NCBI RefSeq assembly: GCF_006345805.1
Contig: NC_042998.1
Location: forward strand, 114,514,001 to 114,578,000
DNA: 64,000 nucleotides
DNA from: Octopus sinensis
Lineage: Eukaryota
Direction: 5' to 3'
Below the pieces are notes generated by a model. That model was not told the DNA's origin and made no database searches. It saw only the letters and a list, made by a program, of their open reading frames with translations. This document shows, one piece after another, positions 40,109 to 53,205 of this stretch. The stretch's first letter is position 1. The number at the start of each line of letters is the position of its first letter. Both the position numbers and the translations under genes were made by a program.

Positions 40109-40314
40109 CGTGTATGCGTGTGCGTGTATGCGTGTATGTGTGTATGTGTGCATGTGGATGCGTATGCCGTCTTCGAAATACGTTGCGCATTGCAAGTGAG
40201 TAATTCAACTGTACTTAAAAATATTTTGGAAACTTTATTATAATGGGGGACTTCTTTGTCAAACAGTTGTTTGCAAAATCTATAGCGACAATAAAGATCA
40301 ATAACAATAAAGAC

Positions 40315-40368
<54 letters not shown>

Positions 40369-41095
40369 TATCGTCGTCGTCGTCGTCATCATCATTATTA
40401 TTATTATTATTATTATATTATTATTATTATTATTATTATTATTGTCATTATTATTATTATCATTATTAATATTATTATTATTATCATTATTATTATTATT
40501 GATGATGATGTTGATGATGATGATGAAGATGACGATAATGGCGCTATTAATCATAAGTTTCAACGGGGTGGAAGAGAAAGACAGAGAAAGAGAATAGTTG
40601 AAGTATAAATGGAAACATGAGAAAATAGCAAATGAAACATAATGATGGTGATGATGATGATGCTGTTGTTGTTGTTCCCGTTGTTTTTATAATTCGAAAT
40701 GCTAGAAGAACAAGAATAACAATAAAAATGATAACAAAGACGATAATAATTTAATTAGTCTGCTTCTTTGCCAATTTCAGCACTATTATAATATTAATCA
40801 AAGGTTGTGCAAAAAGAAAGGGAGAGTGAGAAAGCGAGAGAGAGAGAGAGAGAGAGAGAGGAAAAGAAAGGAGAGAAAGAAGACAAGAAAAGGGTTAGAA
40901 AGAAGACAAAGAAAGGAAGGAAATAACTAAAGAGACAATTATGACCTAATACATTTTTTTTTTCATGCATTATTTTTTTCTCAATAAGGATATTGAATCA
41001 AGAGATTTATGTAGCGAAATACTCTAGAATGTTTATGGGGGCTGTGTCAAAAAGTAGTAGCAGTAGAAGTAGTAGTCGAAATGGTAGTGGTAGTT

Positions 41096-41159
<64 letters not shown>

Positions 41160-41177
41160 CGGTAGTAGTAGTAGTAA

Positions 41178-41213
<36 letters not shown>

Positions 41214-41807
41214 ATCCACACAAGCAACCGTTCCCTATCGGTGCATTGGTGATTTTCGGGTTTATGTTGAACAACTATCAGCATTAGTAATAAGAATCAA
41301 CCAGCGAATAATCAGGGTACAGTAAAGATTGAGACACCACTCTTATTTTGCGTGGTGGGCGGGGATGGATTTTAGGAAAGCGGGTAGACACTGGTACACT
41401 GAAAGAAATTGTAGTGAACGTCGGCAATCTAAGTACATATCTCTTCTTTTCAGACCAAACCCTCAAAAATTTCTTTAAGTTTCACTTGAGGATTATGGTA
41501 AGGTGAGATGGAGAGGGGTGAGGGAGTTAATTATAGACAAAGAAGGAGGGGAGAGAGAGATAGAGAGGGTGGGAAGAGAATTTGGAATGGCTGAAGAGGT
41601 TGATGTTATGGCTGAAGAGGTTGATGTTATGCATCCCAAAGGCGAGGACAAGAACAGGAATAAAATCCTTTGTCTCTGGTGTGTTAGATTAATCCGGAAT
41701 TGTGTATGAGGTATTTGGAATTATACTATACGTTTTCTCCCCATTCCTGCAATCTCCTAGTACTTTTGGTATTCTATAATCTTATCAGATAATTGTTGCG
41801 TATAATG

Positions 41808-41990
41808 AAGCGAGCTGTCAGAAACGTTACCGCACCGGAGAAAATGCTTCGCAGCATTTCTTCCGGCCTCACATTGTGAGCTCATATGCCACCGAGGGAG
41901 AATTTACCTTTCGAGCTGGCTAAAAGAAGTACCAGTTGAGCACAGGTCTCGATGTGTTCGATTAGCCACCTCCTACAAAATTTCAGGCCT
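41808..41990 (+). mobile_element. SINE family A, degenerate
   Basis: gcgagctgtcagaaacgttac...aagtaccagttgagcacaggtctcgatg...aaatttcaggcc. Confidence 0.7.
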
Positions 41991-42049
41991 CGTTCGTTAA
42001 GGATTCTCGATGTGAACTTCCGAATCTTTCTTCTTTATTGTATTATTTT

Positions 42050-42360
42050 GTATTTCACATTGGCTGTGCCTCCGTCTCCTGCTAGATTATCCTTTACAAT
42101 CATCCGTGCTCTCATTCGTACTCATCCTTACGATCATTCCAGGCAGCAGCTGCGAGTTAGAAGAGGCCACGTGGTTAAGGAAGATCTTCAGAGACTGGAC
42201 GTCAGTTTGAAAGATGCTGAGGGGCCGGCACAGGACCGCCAGCAATCGGGAGCACTGGTGAATCTGGTCGGCTCTATGCATGATAATGTCTCTGGGACCA
42301 CTGAGCTGCGATGATTCTAGTCCTATGAAGCAAGGGTATGCAGCAAGCAAACAACATCTT
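42050..42360 (+). mobile_element. RTE-clade LINE 3' end relic
   Basis: Peptide RRGHVVKEDLQRLDVSLKDAEGPAQDRQQSGALV resembles RTE C-terminal W...V..DL..L......LAQDR..WR.LV. Confidence 0.6.
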
Positions 42361-44278
42361 GTGGCCAGTAAAAGAGATGCTCTTCCTCATCGTCGTCGTC
42401 CTCATAATCCCCCATAATCGTCGTCGTCCTCCTCCTCCTCATCATCATCATCACCACCACCACCACTTTCACCATCACCACAACCGCCACTGCCCCGATA
42501 TCATTATTTCTTTACTAAAATGTTAGATGTGATTGTGATAGTTGTAATGATTACGATGATGGTTGCGAAGATTTTGGGGTGGAGGTGGTGCTAATTTTTC
42601 TGCTCGCTGTTATGTGGGTGCGTGTTGTTAATGACGATAATGGCGTTAGAGTTGGTGCCGTTGATGGCGGCGACGGTAGTGTTAGTAGTGGTGTTGCCGC
42701 TGCTGTTGCTGGTAGTGATGATGATAAACATTATTGTCATTATAATCATAATCGTCATCATCATATTCGTAGCTTTTCATAGTAATTCTAGTGTCGCTGT
42801 TATTGATGATAGGTGGGGGAAGGTGGTGGGTGATAATAATGTTGGGTGTTGGCGGTGATATTGAAGGTTGTGATGATGGTTGCGACTGTGGTAGTAATGG
42901 TGGTCAAAATGGTGGTAGAACTAGAAATAGTGTTGATAATGACAACAATTGTATCGGTGTTGGTAATGAAGTGGATGATGATCATCATGATGATGATAAT
43001 GATAAAGCGATGATGATGATATTCATGGTGATGGTAATGACGATGACGATGGCGATGACGACGACAGCCATTGTGCTTCTAATGGTGTTATTAGTACAAT
43101 TTGCTGTTGTTATTATTTTGATTCTTCTTCTTTGAATTTTTGTCTCTGTTCGTTTGAGTTTTGTTTCTATTTTGTTTATAACGCTCGAACTTCGTTTGTT
43201 CTCTTCAGTATTCAACTAAGACGACATTAAGCAGACGACAACTTAGTGACTACATGTTACAGTCCTTTTCGCTGACAAATCAGTGTGGGCCTTTCTAAAT
43301 TCTATTCCATTATATCATATTCACGTCTCTTCTTTCATGTTTCATTTAATCGGTATTTTTGGCGACAGCTTCTTGGTAGTTTTATTCCCTCCCTTTTTCT
43401 ATTAATTTTCTTTTCTTTTCCTATTCATTTATTTTTTCTTTCTTTCGTTGGAGGAGAGGCGGGTTTCATTATTAAATGTCTTCTGCTTTCTTGCTTTCAT
43501 TTCAACTTTCTTTTTGTATGGTAATCATTTATTTTCTTTACATTTTGCTCTTTGAAGGACGACCATTCTTTCATTTCCATCCATATTTTTCTCTTACGAA
43601 TTGCATTGGCATGCTGTTTCCTCCTTCCTTGTATCGTTCTGTCTGTTTCTCTATCTCACTTTCATACTCCCTCTCTCTGCTTCTCTTAACCTATTCCTTA
43701 ATTTTTCTATGCTCTCTGTCTCTGTCTCTCTGTTTTCCCCAACACTTTCTCTTCCTCTTCCTCCCTCGCTTTTTCAGCCTTCGTTCTCTTACTCTGCTTT
43801 TGCTTTGTTCTTTCTCTCCCCTTTCTTCTTTCTCACTTTCTGTATCTCATTCTCTTCTCTTTTTCCTTTACTCTTGTCTAGCGCCTCCGTCTCACCAGCG
43901 CTTCAAGTCATCCATATTTCACTCTCTTCTTTATCTATTAGAATCACTAAAGGCTGATTATCTCAAAATCACTTACTTCAATGTTTTGTAACAAGCACAA
44001 TCAGAATTTTAATTGTCAAAAAGCCAAGCATGATTACTGTTCTACGGAAGTTATGCTGTCTTCACATTAGAGTTCATAATAGATAGGTTCAACCCCGTCT
44101 CCTTGCTGCCGCCACCACCACCACCACCACCACCACAACAACAACAATAGCAATATCCCTCACTATCACCATCCCCACAAACTCTAACACCATCATCACA
44201 AACAAAAAACAAACGATAAAAGACTTAAAAAATACACTTATGTATCAAGCTTATGTAATGTAGAAATATAGGAGGTGG

Positions 44279-44321
<43 letters not shown>

Positions 44322-44365
44322 TAAAAATAATAATAATAATAATGATAATAATAATAATAATAATA

Positions 44366-44416
<51 letters not shown>

Positions 44417-44434
44417 TAATAATAATAATAATTA

Positions 44435-44503
<69 letters not shown>

Positions 44504-44589
44504 TGATCATAATAATAATAATGATGATAAATAGTATTATTATTATTATTAATAATAATAATAATAATGATGATGATGATGATGATGAT

Positions 44590-45020
44590 GATTTCAAATT
44601 TTGGCGCAAAGCCAGCAGTTTCAGGAGAGGAGATAAGTCGATTACATCGACACCAGTTTTCAGCTGCTATTTGCTTTATCGACACCGAAAGCATGAAAGG
44701 TAAAGTCGACCTCAGTGGAATTTGATCTCAGAACGTAAAGTTGGACGAAATTCTGCTAAGCATTTTGTCGACTCCGAAAGGATGGAACACAAAATCAACC
44801 TCGGCGGAATTAGAACTCAGAACCAAAAGGTGGACGAAATGCCGCAAAGCATTTTGCCCGACGTGCAAGCCAGCAACTTCGCGGAGGGGAGTACGTCGAT
44901 TATATCGCCCCAGTACTCTATTTTTTTTTATTTATCGGACCCAAAAGGACGAAAAGTAAAGTCAACATCAGCGGAATTTGAACATAGAACCTAGCGTGCC
45001 AACGGTTCTGCTAGCTCTCC
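44590..45020 (-). mobile_element. Three abutting partial family A SINE copies
   Basis: aaagtcgacctc/aaaatcaacctc/aaagtcaacatc followed by ggaatt(t/a)ga..cagaac recurs three times. Confidence 0.75.
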
Positions 45021-45526
45021 TGGACTTAAATTAACGAATTAAAAAAATCCTGCTCTTGTTAGAATTGTTTCTCAAGAAGGAACAGATTCCAAATCCAAAG
45101 GAAAGTGAAATCAATTATTCTAACTCTAGTTTTGCAATTATTTTATCGACCCCGATCAGAGGAATAACAAATTCAAAATTTTGGTAATTGAACTAAGGTA
45201 AATCGCCAGCTTCGCCAATGCTGTCATTCCATCATCATTAATTGTCACTAACATAGGCCTAAGACTTAAAATTTTAAGAACGGAACAATTGATAAAATAT
45301 TCCCCAGTACACATCTGATAATTCCCATGTTCGGCAAAAGTTCTATGTTAATAATGAATATTTATAACATAGAATGCGATTACGATCGACAATATCAATA
45401 ATATTAGTTAATTATAAATATTTGTAAGGCAACCCCATGTTATAGTGCATTATATTATCGATGGCGTGTGACCGCTATAGGTTGATTTTAATGAAAGGAA
45501 ATTTGATGGAGAGCATCTTTGATACG

Positions 45527-45759
45527 TATTTCTTTACTACCCACAAGGGGTTAAATACAGAGGGGACAAACAAGGACAGACAAACGGATTAAGTCGATTA
45601 CATCGACCCCAGTCCGAAACTGGTACTTAATTTATCGACCCCGAAAGGATGAAAGGCAAAGTCGACCTCGGCGGAATTTGAACTCAGAACGTAGCGGCAG
45701 ACGAAATACTGTTAAGCATTTCGCCCGGTGTGCTAACGTTTCTGCCAGTTCGCCGCCTT
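45527..45759 (-). mobile_element. SINE family A, full length, well preserved
   Basis: Reverse complement of head aaggcggcgaactggcagaaacgttagc through tail cccttgtgggtagtaaagaaata. Confidence 0.9.
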
Positions 45760-46104
45760 AAAATCTTTGATACCATCGACCAGAGTACTTCGCTGGTGCT
45801 TATGTTATCGACTTTGAATTTTGTCGCATTCCAAATTAGAAAATAGGGATGTGTGTAACGATATGATACCGTAAAGATTCATCTTCATCGCCGCTTCCAA
45901 GATATTTCATGCAGTGCTCTAAATATTCTGGCTGTCCACGGCCTTCGAGTCGTTTTATTAACAACCCTATAAATTCAATTAATTACCATCGCGCTAAAGA
46001 TTCTCACAATACACAGCCCTCATGGCATGTCGTCTATCACAAAATAGAAAGGGTCTGCCAATTCGTCGCACTCCTGATGCCTTGCTTAACTTTTTTATAT
46101 GCAC

Positions 46105-46400
46105 TGGCATTTCGTCGCTTACGACGACGTGTGTTCAACTTGATCCAATCAACGGGGTAGCCTGCTCATGAATTAATGTGCATGTGGCCGAGTACTTCAC
46201 AGACACGTGTATCCTTAACGTAGTTCTTAGGGAGATTCAGCGTGACGTAGATCGTGAAAAGTCTGGCCCTTTGAAATACAGGTACTACTCGTTTTTGTCA
46301 GTTGAGTGGAATGAAACAGCGTGAAATAAAGTGTCTTGCTCAAGGACACAACTCTACGATCGTGAGCTGAATACCCCAACCACTAAGCCAACGTCTTCAC
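46105..46400 (-). mobile_element. CORE-like SINE (head type E) carrying tail 2
   Basis: Minus head ttggcttagtggttgggg...gtccttgagcaagacacttta, then gtacctgtatttcaaagggcc...tcacgctgaatctccc...gtcgtcgtaagcgacg shared with 13645-13830. Confidence 0.75.
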
Positions 46401-46433
46401 GCGCCTTTATATGTTTATACACACACACACACA

Positions 46434-46464
<31 letters not shown>

Positions 46465-46487
46465 CACACCACACACACACACACACA

Positions 46488-46534
<47 letters not shown>

Positions 46535-47657
46535 GATTAGAGGTTGTGTTAAACCTCATGAAGGGATGGTTTCATCGAAAGAAATACTGGTTCAATACCT
46601 AATATTTTTTTTTGTGGGGGGGGGATTAGATTCTTTAAAATAATATATATATATTCAACTGAATCTTAATTTGATATATATATATATATATATGCATATA
46701 CAGGTGTATATAACCTGTATATATTAAAACACCTAAATATGCTTGAAAGAACATAGAGATACTAAATAGATTAAAAAGATTATAAGATGATATATTAATA
46801 TATTTGAAAGTCGGAACTGAATTTTAGGCACAAAGGCAACAGTTTTGAAAGTACAGGTTGAGTTGATTACATCAGCCCTAATACTAAACTAGGTACTTTA
46901 CTGTATAGTTCCTGGAAACATAAGCAAATTTCACGTCGCGCGTATTTGAATGCAGAACGTAAACAAGCGGTAAAAACATGGTAAAGAAACTAGCTGCTTT
47001 GGAACCAAAGGACAAGTACAAAATTTAATAATAATACCAGTCTTTTTTGTATTATAATTAATGTAAAAATGGACATAACTTTTTTAATAACTATTGTCGG
47101 TCGTTCATATTGTACATGTCGGTCAAATAAATAACTTGCGCTTCTGCAACATTACAGGCAAATATAGGGTTCCAAGCAGGAGAGGCAACGTCTTGTAGAT
47201 TATTTAAGGAGATGACACGATCGACAAGTCCAATGTATGCAAATGAATGAAGTTTAAAGAAAGGTAAACTAGTAAGGAAGATAAATAATACAGTGAGATT
47301 TAATTGAAAATATGTGTAGTATGCAGATAGAATTAAATTTTTGTAATATATTTTCTTCAGCGAGAGGAAGGATAACTACATCGTACTGTAGAGAGATTGA
47401 TAGAGTATATAAATAGTAAGAGAGAGAGATAGATAAATAGAGAGAGAGAGAGAGGGGGGCAGACAGCCAGACAGACTGACGGACGGAGAGAGAGGTGGAG
47501 AGACGGAAAGAGAGACACAGAGAGATAGAGCGAGAGAGGTAGTGAGAGAGATAGAGAGAAAGGAGGGGATAGAGAGAAACAGAGAGAGGTGAAGTGGAGC
47601 AGATAAAGAGAGGAGGAGAGATAGGGGTGGAGACAGAAAGATAGACTGATATACAGG

Positions 47658-47707
<50 letters not shown>

Positions 47708-47730
47708 TAAAAATATAGACAGGCAGATAG

Positions 47731-47807
<77 letters not shown>

Positions 47808-48074
47808 AAGAGAGAGATAACATGTAGCTTTCCGTCTTTGTCGTTCTGATAATGATTTTTGAAGGTTCGGGATGTTTTGAGGAAGATTAGACTACAATCC
47901 GTCAAAGGACCCCTTAAAGGCTTACTTCTTGTGTACCTATGTTCGAGTCATCGCGTGCTATATTATCTAATATATCCTCCTCTTTTTAAGACAGTAGTTT
48001 GGTAAATAATGGAGACTTGGCTGTTATTTCAGCTGATGGTAGTAGTGATAATAGCAATGGTTGAAATGACGATA

Positions 48075-48105
<31 letters not shown>

Positions 48106-48728
48106 CGATGATGTCGATGATGATGATGTCGATGATAATGATGATGATGACGACGACGACAACGATGACGATGACTCGTGCTGATGCTGGGGATGATTAT
48201 AGTGATGACGGAGGTAATATTGATAATGGTAGTCGTGATTGTGATGCTGACGTTGGTGACGTGGGTCGAATCAGTGACGAGAGGAAGGGAAGGAAAAGTA
48301 TAGGTTAATGCCAGTTGAATATAGCAAGGGCCCATCCCGTCAATGGGGATGGGATGAAGAAAGGGTCTTTATATGAGGCGGGAAACGTCACTTAGCTTTG
48401 AGCGAAACTATTACTTCTGCCATATTAACTCTTTTGTATTCGATTATTTTGTAACTAGAAACCGTATCAAAACGTAATTATTCCATTGCACACCCATTAC
48501 ACACGCACACACACACACACGCGGACACACACTTACACACACAACAACAACAATATTTGAAACGAAAACAGTAAGAAAACCAAAGACAACATAAACAATA
48601 ATATTTACAGCAACACTAAGATATTATTATTATTATTATTATTGTTATTATTATTGTTATTGTTATTGTTATTGTTGTTGTTAATAATAATAATAATAAT
48701 AGTAATAATAACAATAATAATAATAATA

Positions 48729-48792
<64 letters not shown>

Positions 48793-49171
48793 TAATAATT
48801 TCTTTCAGTGCCACAAGGGCGACGCAAATGGGACATCACATCCACAAATTAAAATATAATTAAAAATAAAATATAATAATAAATAAATATAGTATTATTC
48901 TCTTTGGGTGAATGAGTAATTTTATATTTGTTATAGCTGTTGTTGCTGTTGTTGTGTTTTAGGCTTTGTTTTGTTTCCCTGAAAACAAGATGGCAAATAT
49001 GTGTGTTTCTCAGACTGAGAGAGGCAACTGTGTGTATACGTGTTTGTATGTTAGTGTGCTAATTGTTTTTTGTGTTTACCTTACTTTCAATGAATAGCGA
49101 TATTTACCGAAAACTGTGTTTGTGTGTGAATGCATACACACGCACATACACATATAAAAGGAGAGAGAAAA

Positions 49172-49202
<31 letters not shown>

Positions 49203-49580
49203 AGGGGGTAAATGACGGAGAAAGAGGAAACAAACTAATGCGTCAATTCTTGGATTCGGAAGAATGCTTCTGTGTTTAAATAATCATCGTAAAAGAATAG
49301 ATATATTAATTTAATTAAATCATAGTTTAAAATGGTCCCATCACTAGTGACTAAAATGCATTTTAGCATTCTATTACCATTGTTATTAATATTATTGATG
49401 CATTTTGCACAGAGTACTGTTCTTGATGTTGTTGTCATGTCTATTATTGTTGTTGTTGTTGTTGTTATTATTATTATTATTATTGTTATTATCATTATTA
49501 GTATCATTATTTCTCTTTATCGCAGGTTTTGTAGGAGCTTATCATCGTCAACATCCCTATTATTATCATTATTATTATTA

Positions 49581-49628
<48 letters not shown>

Positions 49629-49654
49629 TATTATTATTATTATTATTATCATCA

Positions 49655-49701
<47 letters not shown>

Positions 49702-50447
49702 GTTATTATTATCATCATCATTTTTCCATTTGTCATGTTTTATGTGTTTTAATCTTTGAACCTTTGACTGTCTCACCTTCAATACTCACTCTGGCAGAAA
49801 AAAAAGATATTCTTTACAGAACCTATATGTTGAACAGTTCTACTTGCTGTTTCTTTTAGTTGTTCCTGTTGTAATTGTTGTTGTTTTCTGCTGCTGTTTT
49901 TCAAATTTGGCTCAGGTTTTGGCATATTCGTATTATAGTTTTACAGTTATTTTTTTACTTTTCATATATTCTTAGTCTCACGAGGAGCGACAGACATTTT
50001 TCAGAAACACTTATAATGTTGGAAGGCAAGTAAAAATTTATACTCAGTCCAGTGTCAATGTTTAAATGCTTTCAACAGTATGTAGTCAACTAAAGACAGG
50101 TAAGAGATATGCAATGTTGATGTTAATCCGAGAGATGATTTAATCCTGTTTTTTTAAGAATGGGAATGCTAACTACTACGGCTTTCACTTCCTTCTACAA
50201 AATTTCACCGAGAAGGCTTTGCATGACCTAACATTATGGTAGAGGAGTTTTACCCAATGTGTTGCGCAGTAGGACCGACTTCGAAACCAGTTCCCTAAGT
50301 ACGAAATCCTTAACTGCACAACTAGGTTTGTGACAATGTTCTTAATTCACAGTAAAATATAAAGCCTGAAATATTGTCGATTTAGATAATACCTATAGAA
50401 TCACGTGATAGATTGAATTTTATTGAAAATATAGAAAATGACTTAAT

Positions 50448-50486
50448 AGGTGCAGGAGTGGCAGTGTGGTAAGTAGCTTGCTTGCC
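50448..50486 (+). mobile_element. SINE family B head, interrupted
   Basis: aggtgcaggagtggcagtgtggtaagtagcttgcttgcc matches the first ~38 nt of family B, then switches to unrelated sequence. Confidence 0.75.
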
Positions 50487-52810
50487 TAAGCGACCAACTT
50501 CCGCATCAGTCATTTCTGAGTTTACCGTGCTACTAGTCAGACGTGTGTTGTCTTCGTGTTGCGTTCGTCTTATATTGGATTACCTAACTGTGCCGTCCTT
50601 ATTGGATTATCGTTTGTCATCTGGTGGATTTACGTGTTGAACTGTGTTACGCTTCCCCGTTGGGAAGGTAAGGCATTTATTGTTTACAAAAATTTAAAAC
50701 TTTTTGAAACCGTCATAGGCTTTTGTTTTGCCATGCTCCCAAGAAATGGGGCAGAATTTGAAACTGTATTTTTGTAGGTTTCCATTTAGGAAATTATAAT
50801 TTTTGTGTTGTAAAATACTATCTGAACATTTTTTTGGCCGTTGTAGGCTTATTTCTACACACCTCCCCACTGGGTGAAGGGTTTGAACCACTGCTTCTCA
50901 AAAATTATTATTGAACATTTTCCTCGTTAGAGGAAGTTCATTGTTTTTTTTTTTTGTATTAATTAATTTCGGCCGAAGAATGTCGGTCGAAGTTATTAGA
51001 GAAAGATGTACGTTGGAGGAGGGAGGAATTTGCACTGAAGATGCGAAGAAGTTTTCTGCTGTCGCCGCAGTGGCGAAAGAGTCGATTGAGATTTCTAAAG
51101 AAAAGTTGAAGGATTACTTCAAGAGGATGGAGGAGGACGCAGATATTAAAATAACACTCGCCTCCAACATCGAAACAGAAAGAGAAACGGTGCTGTTTAA
51201 AGCGTATTGCATAGAAAGCAAACGCTTTAACATTTCGAAAAAGTAAAAATAGAAAAGTGCCTGGCTTCTGTGTGGAAGGATATTACCTATATCACTAGGG
51301 GCAAAACATATGCGACCGTAGAGGTCCGATTTAAAACAGAAGAAAGGGCCCACGGGTACTCGGTGAGCCCCTTGAAATCAAAGGAGATGGTACTTCTGCC
51401 AATATACATGGAGAGGTGCAGTTTCCGTGTAAAGGTGACAGAAGTGCCGCCTGAAATAGACTCGAGGGAGATGATGGCTGCTCTGTTATTCAAAAGAGCA
51501 CAAACAATAAAATTCTTACAAATCACATGCTCTGCTCCTCAAAACAGGGTAGGATAAAGTATTTCAGCCATCATCCAAGGGGCTGTTGCAGACATTGAAG
51601 CACTTCCAGATCGGGTGCTCGTGGTGGAGAATGTGGCCCTTCGAACACAGGTGAAGGGTAAAAAGCCCACCTGGTATGAATGTGGAAAGAAGGGACACAT
51701 TCGGCTCCATTGTGAAGAGAGAAAGAAGGAGGAGGAGAAACTAAAGGACGATAAACTTTTACAGGCACCAGACCCTACAATTGTGAAAAATAACCCCAAG
51801 CTTACACACACACCAGCCCCTACAAAGACAAACATTTCTCCCCTGTTGTGGTGCCAGCCTCAAAACACACAAACAAAACGACCCAACCCCTGAAGACACA
51901 AACCCCTACAATAACAACCCCCCTTGATATCTGAGGCACCCAGTGTAAAGAAAAACACGACTCCCCCGAAGGTGTTCGAGAGTGAGTACACATTAGTTCG
52001 GAAACGGGCTCATGTGCCATCCCCACCCCATCCCCCACAAAAAATAGCACAGCACCACATGTTACAAATAAACCCCGACCAATCGCCCCAGAAAAGAATG
52101 AAGACACTAAAGTCTTAATTGAGTACAACACTAAAGCCATGTATATGGACGAGATTGTCGTCAACCATCATCTCACAGAACATTTTCCCAAACACAGGGA
52201 CTTAAATGAAAGATGTACCTGCATAGGGGAAACCCTATACAAACAGTTAAAGGAAAGGCATCCTGAAAACATCAGGAGTCTTGTGGCCCTGCCCGGGTAC
52301 TTGAAGAAGGAGGAGAACGAAGAAGCTGCCTTACGTGTGGTAAGGTCGGCCCCAACATTGGCTTCGCTTAACCTTGGATGTTTGAATATGTGTGGTCTGG
52401 GCTCGAAGTGGAAGCAAGCCTGTTTCCTCGACGATCTCAGATCACACGATATGTATGTGATGCTTGCTACAGAGACCAAGCTGGACAGTCTACAAACCTT
52501 CTCACCACTCCTGAATGGCTATGAGAAAATCATGTCTCCTAGCCAGACCGGAGGTCGTGGAGGCGTAGTAGTATTTGTCCGTAAATGCTTGGCTCTGCAG
52601 ACAAGTACAGTCTATGTAGACCCTGAAGGTGGGCTGGTCGTCCTTGATGTAACATACAGCGGCAAGTTTTTCAGGTTGATCGGTATCTATGCACCCTGTA
52701 AGGGCACCTTCGTATCTGGCCAGGGATTGGTCAACTTTTTTAGATACACCTCAGCAGTAACATCAAGCTGGAGAAGAGGTACCTGTCACGTGAAAAATTC
52801 GGAAAAAGAT
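50487..52810 (+). mobile_element. Tx1/L1-clade LINE, 5' portion (5' UTR, broken ORF1 with zinc knuckle, N-terminal AP endonuclease of ORF2)
   Basis: ORF1 from ATG 50980 with frameshifts and knuckle WYECGKKGHIRLHC (first Cys to Trp). APE motifs GCLNMCGL, ATETK, GGRGGV, DPEGGLVVLDV, RLIGIYAP. No RT follows. Confidence 0.88.
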
Positions 52811-52814
52811 GGAC

Positions 52815-52854
52815 GCTTGTGGAGAGAAAGCTGGAAGAAGCCTGTTGTATATAA

Positions 52855-52902
<48 letters not shown>

Positions 52903-53112
52903 GTGTGTGTGTGCATTTGTCCCCCACTATCGCATGACAACGGATTCTGCTGTGTTTACGTCCCAGTCACCTAACGGTTCGGCAAAAGAGTACGATAAAA
53001 TAAGTAGTAGGCTTACAAAGAAAAAGTCCTGGTGTCGATTTGTTCGACTAAAGGTGGTGCTCCAACATGGCCGCAGTCAAATGACTGAAACACGCACAAG
53101 AATAAAAGAATA
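52815..53112 (+). mobile_element. SINE family B 3' part, remainder of the interrupted copy
   Basis: gaagaagcctgttgtata-(TG)n-...cggttcggcaaaagag...ggtgctccaacatggccgcagtcaaatgactgaaac. Confidence 0.8.
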
Positions 53113-53161
53113 AAAATCTCTGTCGCTCTCTCTGTGTCTATCTGTCTATCTAGCTATCTCT

Positions 53162-53205
<44 letters not shown>

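Larger units (their letters stand above)
40290..44592. repeat. Cluster of trinucleotide microsatellites ((CAT)n, (TAT)n, (GAT)n, (TAG)n, (TAA)n) plus a CT-rich tract
   Basis: e.g. 40318-40530, 41055-41215, 42400-43080, 44279-44592; pyrimidine tract 43430-43960. Confidence 0.9.

Noticed and set aside
41587-41628. Exact 21-bp tandem duplication
   Set aside because: Ordinary slippage duplication with no further structure.
52139-53113. 324-aa ORF as an intact gene
   Set aside because: Chimera of a LINE endonuclease fragment, a (TG)n tract and a SINE tail.
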